NCBI GenBank assembly: GCA_965235115.1
Contig: OZ249445.1
Coordinates: 18,290,001 to 18,354,000 of the forward strand
Direction: 5' to 3'
Source of the DNA: Laetmonice hystrix
Lineage: Eukaryota
DNA: 64,000 nt
The notes below the pieces were generated by a model that was given only the letters and a program-made list of their open reading frames with translations, was not told the DNA's origin and made no database searches. Shown piece after piece: positions 54,501 to 64,000 of this stretch. Both the position numbers and the translations under genes were made by a program. Every line of letters begins with the position of its first letter. Positions within the stretch are counted from its first letter, which is position 1.

Positions 54501-56249
54501 TCGGGCCTGTTTCCATTTGTCGGCGTATTGATTGGCGGAGACAGAACTATCACCTTGGTGTGACGTAAACACCCCTCCCACAGCACCTCCCACAGCACCC
54601 CCTGGGGCTCCCTCCCACGCCATTGTCCCTCCGGTGATTTGGGAATCACACCACTGCTGGTCTGTGAGAACAAATAGCCCACGTGGATCCCCACTTTGTA
54701 ATGCTTACTGTCCGTTACGTAATCCTGAGGTGTACATCGGGTGGTCTGTGCCCCCGGGTAAAGGAGTTTTTGACCCTGAGGTGTCGGCATCAAACAACAC
54801 CCTCATATCTATTGTACATTGTTAGGATTCAACTCAAGGGGACAGACTAAACACTCGTGTTAATTAGTTGTGTCTCCGATGAGTTGTAAATGGCCGTTAA
54901 ATACACAACATGGGCGACCACCATGAAATCGAAAAACAATGATGAATTGGCTTAGATTACCTCCCGAGTTTAATCACTTGCATCCTTTGTTATGACAACC
55001 AATTGCAAACATCCAGCCAATCCACTCATCTGTTGGGATTTACCCGGCCACAAGACAAGTCCAAACATGATACAAGATGCTGGGGGCGGTCGGCCTGTTA
55101 TACACAGGGGGTCGCGTGTTTTGACACACGATCGGGGCACCAAGCCGGGTGGGGCCCCACTGCTGGGGAAGGCTGGTGCCAACACAGTCGTATTTGACGG
55201 CTCTGTGACCAAAAAGAACCGATTCCTATGACAATAGATCGGTCTGTGCCCCCAGGGACAGGTCCACGGTGGATCCGTATAGACACACGTCCGCCAACGG
55301 ACTTCTCAGACGCTGACCTCTGACCCCAGCTGTGACCTCTGACCCATCAGGGTGCGGTGACCCTGTGGGCCAAAGGGCCGTGAGGTCGAGTCTCCAATAC
55401 GGTGGGGATCGGAAGAGGGTGAGCATTAATGTCACATGGAATCACGACGCCTCCCCCGACGATGGAAAGCCAACTCCTCTTTTGTTTACAATGGAGCAAA
55501 CTGTGGGACCTGCTCGTTTTACTTTACCTCCCACCCACAGGAAAGAACACAACAGCTTCAAGTAACAATATATGCGTTTTGAATTTATTAAACGGTTTTT
55601 CTTTCGAAATGCTAAACGGCACCCATTTTCACCTGTCTTAATTGCTGGCAACTGATATCAGCACTCTCTCAAACTCCTACAGTTCATTCACGATTAATTC
55701 TATGACCTTTTCAAACAAAGCACTTCTAGAACTGCAGATATGTCAGCAAGACCTGGAGGCAAGTCCCGGTTTGCAGCATGCCATAAACCAATCACCGGCC
55801 TGAAAAGTCTCTCAGCTCTACACGTTACACCCATGCTGTAGGTTACATGTCGCAGGTTATAAACCGACCTATAACAGCAATCCATGTAGGCCGGAGATGG
55901 TGACACGGTTGGCTGACAGAGCATGGCCAGTGTCCTCACACCTACCACTGGACGGACAGTGATCGAGATCTCACCACGAACATTCAGGGATGGGAGGGGG
56001 GGGGGGGGTCTTCACGGGTTGACAGGGGACTTGAAATGGAAATGTCATGTATGCGGCCAGGCCGAGAGCACGGTCGGGATGTCGGTCGGTGAGGCCGGTA
56101 GGTCGGTGCATGCCAGGCCGCATCAACCGGTGGTCGTCTCGATCCATCACCACGACGGCTCAATCCGCCAAACCCCGCTATACTCAGGCCAAACTCAAAC
56201 GTCAATGTAACACCATTTTCTCATTCCAATCTCACCCTTCCTTGTCAGC

Positions 56250-56605
56250 CGCCAAAATGTTTATTTATAAAGAAAACCAATACTTGATAGGTCAGCCAGA
56301 TCAAGGGGATCAAGCAATCCGTTATCGTGGCTTACTTGCCATCGCTCACTGAGTACAGCATTCAACATGTGGGTGCATGTTGACGATGTATGACAGTCAG
56401 CCTGTGGTACCAACGTCTCTCTTGTCGACAAGGCATAACTTACACAACCAAGGAATGACTACCATGAGTAAAGTCCACAAGCACACATCTTTTCTTCATT
56501 TACAGCGATGTATGGGGAAAATGTATATTCTTTTCTTTATCTTGATGTTGCCATATATCAAGAACTGTTAGAACGGACGACCCACAACATGTGCCAGAAG
56601 ACCTG
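56250..56605 (+). mobile_element. Decayed Penelope-like element reverse transcriptase fragment
   Basis: Motifs in the expected PLE order: MFIYKENQY (frame 1), then in frame 3 GSSNPLS..LSTAFNMWVHVDDV, FTAMYGENVYSFLYLDVAI and KT. Compare PLE F.F...Y.Q, GSPLSP, W.RYVDD, FT.E.E.N...FLDV.I, KPT. Stops and a frameshift are present. Confidence 0.5.
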
Positions 56606-58954
56606 ACTAGGATCTCACGGTAAACATCACAAGAGAAGGCCCATATATTCCAGAGTCGTTAATGTTCGGAGTGGCTGCCGTTTTCAGTCAGCCTCCCCCT
56701 GACACCATCTGAATGTACCCGGGGTACAATGGAATGGATCCATCAGCCGTGGATGTCCCCGTCATACATAGCACAGCAGACACCCAACTGAGAACCTCCT
56801 CTCGCCATCCTTCAATCAACTCATCCAAGTCCCCTGACGGTACGGTACGCGGCCAGGTAAAAACCTCGTCTACATCTCATCTTAACAAGGTGAATGCTCA
56901 AACATCGTCCGAACCAATAGCAGGAGAGAGAAAGATGGCTGAGAGAAAGGATGAAGATGGGGAGACGGATGATGAGTAGAATACATGACTGTGATACTGG
57001 AAGGGGGTGGCTGGGTGTGGTGAAGGGTGAACGTAAGGATCAAACAGGGGAAGCCAATCAGTTGCACCTGAGTACTACGTGAGGATGACAGGTCCACGTA
57101 TTGACAGAACGTTGGAGGTGTGTTGACAGGCTGGCACGGTTTGTACGGTGGACTCTGTGAACGGTTCCAGCCCCACCGTACACCTGCTACACTAGCCGAC
57201 AGTCCGTCTTCAGTCCCCTGGCAGCAGGTTCACTGGTCTATAGTCAGGAATCAGTCCCAAGGCAGCAATAGGTCTGCAGCCTCTGCAGTCCTCTTGGAAA
57301 CACTATCACTGCCCCTTCCACAAAACAGCAACTAAATAGGCAGACAGCCAAACGGAGACTCAATAATAAAGGAAGTCTCATTGCGAGGACCTTCTCCTGC
57401 ACGTGGTGTTACCATCCGGAGAGATTTCTCCCTCATTCTTTGTGTCCAGTCCATCCTTTGTTATGTTCTCACCTGGCTGGTCACTTCACACCCTGACCCA
57501 CTCCGTGACGTACGTCCAGTCTCATCCTCCAATCCTCACACCACACCCCTAAACTGTTTGATCTTTCCCACACAGTTTCCCTCCCTACATGACAATTAAA
57601 GCTAAGGCAATATTGACCTAGGAGTCGGTGCCTGCCCATAGTTGGTGGCTGTCGGCGGGTTGCAGGTGCAAATTCTGCCGCAGGTCGGAGTCTGGCCGGT
57701 GGCAGGTCGGGCCTGTCTATGTTGGCTGTGTGAGTCAACAACCCTCAACTCATGCCTGTCAAAGTTGGCTGCGGGATTCTCCAACCTTGGACCACGCCTG
57801 GAATTCATTGCGGGGAACTGTGTGGTTGGGAGGGATTGGGGAGGGGGTCCCCCAGAGGTTAGCAAACAAAATGGCCAGCTGCGTGCTGTGGGGGCCACGG
57901 AATGACATTGGATGTGGGAGAGGGATTGGAATAATGAACCGACCAGCTGTGGCGGACTTCATCATCTTGGTTTTCTCCGGTCATATCACAATGATATTAT
58001 AGTCCGTGGGGACACTATTAATACGAGCTATCAAACCTCGCCATGGCTCAGTGTTCGCTTCCAATAAACGCAAACCAACAAGCATGAAAACTACGCCTTG
58101 GAATCGCCGCTACAATTCAATACTCCGTTTACGGTTCTGCCTTTTGTCCTCCTGCCTGGAACCGTTTGTGAGATTGAGACGGTTGCCTCCAGAAGGAGAG
58201 AGTTCCCCTTGATATGTTTGTCGGTCAATAAGTCTGACAATAGTCGAGGCGACACTCCCGTTCTCTCTATACCGACCAAGGTGTGAGACTGCTGGTGGCA
58301 GGTACTACCTGTTGGGGTTCTTCCAAACAAAACTAGCTGACTTCACCATTCACGTGGATGCTGCAGCAGACTGCCATCACCCGTTCATTCTCCACATACA
58401 TAACGACTAGTCACACTCAGTGAACCTGCCACGTCTGTCAGGGAGACTCCCCAATCCCTACACGCAGGAACGCCACAGACACACTGGCCCTAGGGCTATC
58501 CTCCAATTTACTGTCATTTGGCTCATAATTCCAAGTTGGGTTCACACAAACAGAGAGTTTCATTGAATGGGGCTCAGATTGTGTTCCTATAGCACGGTGA
58601 CACGGGCGAGCGCAGAGCCTCCAATTTCACAGCGAGATGACTGCATTGATTCCCGTCCCTGACAAAACCACCAGATCCGACCTCGTCACTCGACACCACT
58701 CTATTCGACGTATGACTACCAGTTGTCAGCATAGACAACGCTTCACTGTCTTCTCTACGTAAATAGCTTAACTTCCTAGAATTCTCCACTCAACAACTTC
58801 TTTCTACAATAAATGGGGGTTGCCATGATAAAATCGACCAATTTCACATTCTATACATAATTAAACAATCTATTACTTAGCGTTCTTGACATAGATTAAT
58901 ATCAGTCACCACTTGATCAGCTGCAGCTAGAGAGGAACTGCATTCTGCGGAATT

Positions 58955-59130
58955 CTTCACAAATACATCAGCTTCCAGCCGAGAATTGCATACTTCTAAC
59001 GTTGCACCCAGAACCCTCAGCCGGAACTGAATCATCTCTCGACAGACACAGCTGTATAGAGGGACAGTAAAATATGAAATTGTGTTGAAATCAATTCACA
59101 CACTTCCCCACGATTCCATGTGAAATTGGT
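58955..59130 (-). mobile_element. Decayed hAT transposase C-terminal dimerisation domain fragment
   Basis: Reads ILLSLYTAVSVER*FSSG*GFWVQR*KYAILGWKLMYL, matching hAT L.ip.tsa.vER.FS.ag.....R..l. The stop in ER*FS is one substitution from Ser (TCA). Confidence 0.5.
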
Positions 59131-59339
59131 GGGCAGTAACTGCGGCAGAACGCCAGCCATCCTTGTTCTCCCCCTTCCTCCCAACCTGTGCAGCTGTTGA
59201 AAGCTCTAGATTGCCTATATTGTGACACACCAACCATCCCTTGTTCTACTGGCTACCATCTCCTCCCTGATACACCAAAGACAACATAACACCACAAATC
59301 CCCATTCCTGACTATCCTAATGTCCATTTAGTGTGGGCC

Positions 59340-59520
59340 AATTTGAGGATTCCATTAGTGGGATTGCACAGTGCAGCCATATAAGTGTTGTTTCTCAGGC
59401 TACTGGTTTCCCAGAGGCTGTTTGCGGCAATCCTTTGACCAAGCCGACCATTTCACAGATCAGGGCCTCCGTCTGAGACAATATCATCAAAGGTAGTGAG
59501 AGATGAGCCGCTGTTATCCG
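59340..59520 (-). mobile_element. Possible decayed LTR-retrotransposon (Gypsy-type) integrase fragment
   Basis: Reads FDDIVSDGGPDL*...NPTNG, resembling IVSDNGPQF...HPQSNG. Spacing is a few residues long. Confidence 0.35.
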
Positions 59521-60329
59521 GCCCGGAATGGACCGGACACCACACTCGGCCCGAGTCCTGTCCCAGTCCCGCCAGTCGCTTGTCTCGCCCCGATTGATCC
59601 CGAGTTTACGACTTTATTGCATGAGTCCAGTCCCCGGGAGATCCAAGACTTCAGACTCAAGAGACCAATATTTGACATGCATACCGTTTACCATATTAAA
59701 ACAGAGGAAACCAAAACACTTTCATAGCTTCTACTTGACGGTTGGTCATTTTAAAAGTTTGTTTTTAAACGTTTTGTACACAAAAATATGGCTGTGCACC
59801 AGTAAACAAGACTGAGCTGCCGCCGCCAATTTGACTGATTGCTGTTCCAAGTCTGTAGACAGCTGACGAGACGGAGAAATGGAAGAAGACAAATAAAAGA
59901 TACAGTTCACTCAGGTGTACATAAACCAGCTAAAGTTCATCTGACCCTGAAGTTGACCCTGACCCTTGACCCTGTTGTAATGCCCTCCTTGACCCTTGCA
60001 CTAGCCAGTCTAGCCCCCACAGAGTTCCAGCCGTTGCGAACGAACCACAGCCATCATTGAAGAATATCTGATCTGTCACTCTGGTAGAAATATATGACAC
60101 TACCAGCCGCTATATGGAGAGAGGGTATGGCGACTTCCCCGGGTAAATCTACCTCAGACATCTCCAGTTCCCAATACGATACTGGTGAAACCTGCATACA
60201 GACCTCTTCACCGAGATCCACATAACTGAGTAATGGACTGGCTAGGCGCCTACTGGCGTACTTTTTATTCCACTATATATACCCTTTGAGCGTCCCTAGG
60301 TTTATTGGTTTCGTACCGACATCTGGTCT

Positions 60330-60545
60330 AAGTTGAGAACCCCATAATTTGCTTTCCCCTCAGAAAAAGTCAGTCTTTCGAAATAATTCGGGTGAGAGAA
60401 AACCCCTCAAAACGTTCTGCTGCCAAGATATATAACTTAGCAAGTATACCCGGAAAAAGATCTGATGGCCTCAAGTGATGCTCTTTTCAGTCCCCTGAAA
60501 AAAACACCAATAGGTTTATAGTGACACTATTGAAGACTTTGAGAA
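60330..60545 (-). mobile_element. Possible decayed L1/Tx1 reverse transcriptase fragment
   Basis: Reads FLKVFNSVTINLLVFFSGD*KEHHLRPSDLFPGILAKLYILAAERF...IISKD*LFLRGKQI, resembling G.RQGDPLSP.LFILAAE.L...I.....I.G. Confidence 0.35.
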
Positions 60546-62156
60546 ACATGCCCTGGGTTGAAACAGTATGTGAACTCATCAGACACCCGGTGTGTAATGC
60601 AGGTATTCTGTTTTAAAACTAATTGGAAATTGGCCCGTCGGTGTGTGTGGAGCCTATCGAGAGGTTGGCAAGTGGGAGAGTGTGGAGAGCTCAGCCCTAG
60701 GGACACGTGTCTCCCCTGGGTTAAAGGACATGAAAGACCTCCCTCCCTCCCTCTTCACCCCCATCCAACCCTCTCATTCTCTTGGCAATATTAGGAATAG
60801 CGCCAAGGGCTACCACTGAAAGCAGCATCTATCCCTGTCCGTATTGGATATACGCAGTCACAGGAAGCAGTCCTCCTGCTGCAATCCAACACACTGTGTA
60901 GAGGCTCCTGAGATGACATCTAATCTTACTGGATGCTGCCGTGTCAGCGGACACACGTGCCAACTGACCAATCAATATCACCACCCCAACCCGCTCAAAT
61001 AACGGACACGGCATCGCATAACCACATGCTGCTTAGCACTACTTAGCACATGACACAGCTAGTTCAAAATATACATGTATCCTCCTGGCAAATCTGACAG
61101 GTACCGGTAAGTGTCATGGCCCAACCACTTTTAGTTTTCAGTACTAATACAAACAAACAGGACTCTCCGCCCAATGAGCACCTGCCCCGAAATAAAAACA
61201 TACGAGATACCCTTATTGAAACACAGTGGCATCTTCAATCTATCCAGACCAGGTGTAATCATTTTCAAGCAGCCATTGGCAGCCTGCAGGTTGTGGTACG
61301 TTCCGCTGTAGGATATAAGGCCCCCGTGGGGGTCGTGCCTGGCCAGTCCCGCCGTGTTTCCTCCTGATAGCTCGTCCTGAGCCGGGCTGCCTGGTCAAGT
61401 AGGGAAGGGATACTCCGGCCTAGTTAATATACACATAGCTGACGGGATGACCATCAACCGGCGGGGATGAGGAGTGAGGGGTACCGAGGTGTAACATATA
61501 TCAGCCAGTTGTTTTCCATTAGGAGATCGCAGTTGTGGAGACCAAGGAGCCTGGAGGCCCCCAAACAACGAGATGTGGGCAGTCCAGGCAGTGCCCGCCT
61601 CTGCAGCACCCTCCTAACTCAAACCGTCTAACTTCATTAGTAAAGAAAACTTCAAAAGAAGCCAACATCCCTCCCCTCCCGCCCCGCTGGCAGATTTGGG
61701 GTAAAACGTCATCCTTTATTTTCCTCATTGCTGACTTTCATCCTTTATTCAAAGGCTGGAGCCTTCACCTAGTGTCCCCGAAATGATATGAGAGTAAGCC
61801 CATGATAAACTTGGACCAACAATGCCAAACATGAGGAGATGGATATGATATCGTACAGGTGCCCTTGCCTAGGCCGGCTGTCAGCTCTCATTTGGCATTG
61901 TGTCATTCATCACCGACCAGTCGCCTTATATGTCATATCTAATGGCTCATTCCGGGCCCGACCCCATCCCTCTATCAGTCTGACTTAGCCCTCCTATAAC
62001 TCATGTTGCTGACAGCAGCATGCAGAGATTCACCCGCCGGCACTGTCAGTGGCCCAGCCTCCAATCAAACCCCTATCATCTTCTCAGTCATGTCCCTCCC
62101 CATCCCTGTCGTGGCCCTCCTCTCCGGCGGCCTGCACTCCTCAAACAGCCAGGAAC

Positions 62157-62437
62157 GAGGCGGTCCGGCCACACCCATGCTACCGGACCCTCCTCAACCA
62201 GAGCCAGGGATGAGGCGGTCCGGCCACACCCATGCTATCGGACCCTCCTCAACCAGAGCCAGGGATGAGGCGGTCCGGCCACACCCATGCTACCGGACCC
62301 TCCTCAACCAGAGCCAGGGATGAGGCGGTCCGGCCACACCCATGCTATCGGACCCTCCTCAACCAGAGCCAGGGATGAGGCGGTCCGGCCACACCCATGC
62401 TACCGGACCCTCCTCAACCAGAGCCAGTGATGAGGCG
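62157..62437. repeat. 55-bp minisatellite, 5 copies, alternating variants (110-bp dimer)
   Basis: gaggcggtccggccacacccatgcta(c/t)cggaccctcctcaaccagagccagggat at 62157, 62212, 62267, 62322, 62377. The variable base alternates C,T,C,T,C. A degenerate partial copy lies upstream. It explains ORFs 62003-62323 and 62020-62268. Confidence 0.97.
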
Positions 62438-62509
62438 GGCCCCCATCATCCTACTCGCCTCCATAACCCATCTTCCCATCACCTCCTCATCTCACTCGTT
62501 TCTTCACAT

Positions 62510-62790
62510 TTTGTCCGCCCTAATAACCTGTCTCGGGTGCCCTTGAAAATTGTCCCGGAAACAATCGAGTTCCTATTGGATGCCTGCGATCAGTGTTAAG
62601 ACCCTGATTCCATCCTGATTGAAGCCTCAGGCACAGGTCGCCTAAGTTGATGGAGATCGCTGTGAGCAATGTTTTAAAATGCCACATCCCAATCTTCCTT
62701 AATGTGTGTTTTCTTGGTAAATGGGCATCTTCAAATTTCTGTCCAACTCCAAAATAATCGTTCCGCAGAGAATACTCCCGTGTAGGCAGC
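62510..62790 (-). mobile_element. Possible decayed integrase-core (DDE) transposase fragment
   Basis: AERLFWSW...KEDWDVAF*NI, then after a frameshift LIAGIQ*ELDCFRDNFQGHPRQ. Resembles the RIERxW...W...F...Iq.eLd.f...WN.H.iR pattern of eukaryotic integrase-core transposases. Confidence 0.35.
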
Positions 62791-64000
62791 ATCGTTCACA
62801 CATTAGTTTTGTTCATTGTGAAATAAAGAGACGATGCCAATGGAATATGGCCACCTGTATACATTTCTCTTTCTCTCCGTCCTCCGCTCAGCGTGAACCA
62901 GTACCACCCCGTCCCACCCACCCTCAAAGGGCGGGAATCACACAGCCTCCTCCACCACCTCAGCCCCTAAATCCCGGCCTCCACCTCCGTGTCTGGGGCC
63001 CGATCCTCGGGTCGCCGCGGGGCCGCTTGCCCTGATCCCCGGCCCACCGCCGGCTCTCCCACCTGGGTCCCGCCTAATGAATTCTGCCGCCGACTCCGGC
63101 GTACGTTCACCCGGCAAACTGACACTAGGCTTCGGTAACTCCGTCTAAATAACGTGCCCGCCTCACCGGCAGCATAACCCCGGCCCTGGTGACAATCCTA
63201 GAGTGGGAAACCAATCGTTCTGGAGGACGGCCCTCTGGGGATCCTTTTTGTCGGATACACGCATAAATATTTTGAAGCTCATTCACTCTGAAGATCTTTG
63301 AACTTCAAATTGTCAGTATACTGATCAGCAGATCCGGGTACATTTGTAAACTTGTTACCCTGTGAGCCCATACCGCTTAAGGCACGAAAATACGCGAATC
63401 TACAAGGAAACGGGTAAAACGCTAAATGGATACCACAGGACTGTACCAGGATAACAACCCAAAAATAGACAACACTCAACTGTCAGGAATAAGTGCACGG
63501 GAGGGAATGACCTGTTACAATTGATTGCTTACAACAAGTAACACCTATCTATACCTCCTAGTACTCCGCCGTTCTAGGAAACAGATGATAAAAGTGAAGT
63601 ACACACCATATACGGTCAGTACCAGCCGGCGATGTGTACCGTTTCATCCTCATTATACCAAACATCAAACAATGATGGTGTAACTGTTGACAGCAGCTTC
63701 CACGTCCCAACCAACAATCTCCGGACTGACTGTGTCAGTCACATGTCGATCTAGTTATACAAAACACAGTTAACCGTTTTATCCTAACAACCCATCTATG
63801 ACGTCTGACCCTGAACCGCCATGTTGGAAACCGTCCTCAGACGATGGGGTTCGAACCCCGTCTTAACGTATAATCCTATATAGCTAGGTCCTATGAGAAG
63901 GTCCTCTAGACACCGTCAAACGCCCCCACAGTGGTTATACAAAATGTAATACAATCTGGTGGTGATATATCTGCCAACAGTGCAGCCGGGCCGACTGTAC

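Noticed and set aside
62985-63060. GC-rich segment with cga-tcctcggg-tcg resembling HDV-like ribozyme P3/L3
   Set aside because: No compatible P1, P1.1 or P2 pairing could be built. Similar attempts at ~18340 and ~22265 also failed.
1-64000. ORF-track ORFs as genuine genes (e.g. 22681-23163, 24863-25321, 34574-35044, 43422-43964)
   Set aside because: All are 180 aa or shorter, overlap on both strands at random, show no recognisable domain, and several are just translated minisatellites.
1-64000. Apparent excess of C/A-rich patches on the plus strand as transcription-linked skew supporting a minus-strand gene
   Set aside because: G-rich patches are also common and I cannot count bases reliably by eye. 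A cumulative GC/AT skew computation is needed.

Overview
Eukaryotic (animal, probably invertebrate) non-coding DNA. No ORF in the track looks like a real gene; the longest are repeat-derived or unrecognisable. The window holds one young, intact ~2 kb Helentron-type non-autonomous element (5251-7262) with an internal ~445 bp tandem array, several minisatellites (43, 45, 55, 73 bp units), a CTG/CCTG microsatellite, and scattered very decayed transposon fragments that I recognised by eye only (Sola1, Penelope, hAT, LTR integrase, L1/Tx1, others). The main signal is on the minus strand. Three widely spaced sites (junctions at 44990/44989, 21233/21232, 4374/4373) share one architecture: pyrimidine tract, CAG immediately followed by a perfect GTAAGT donor, then a second GTGAGT donor 31-48 nt downstream. 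A weaker fourth site lies at 14401/14400. This is the layout of recursive-splicing ratchet points with short cryptic RS-exons, so most or all of the window probably lies in one giant intron of a minus-strand gene whose coding exons I cannot see. Recursive splicing is known in Drosophila and vertebrates; whether it is described for this organism or locus cannot be judged from the sequence alone.
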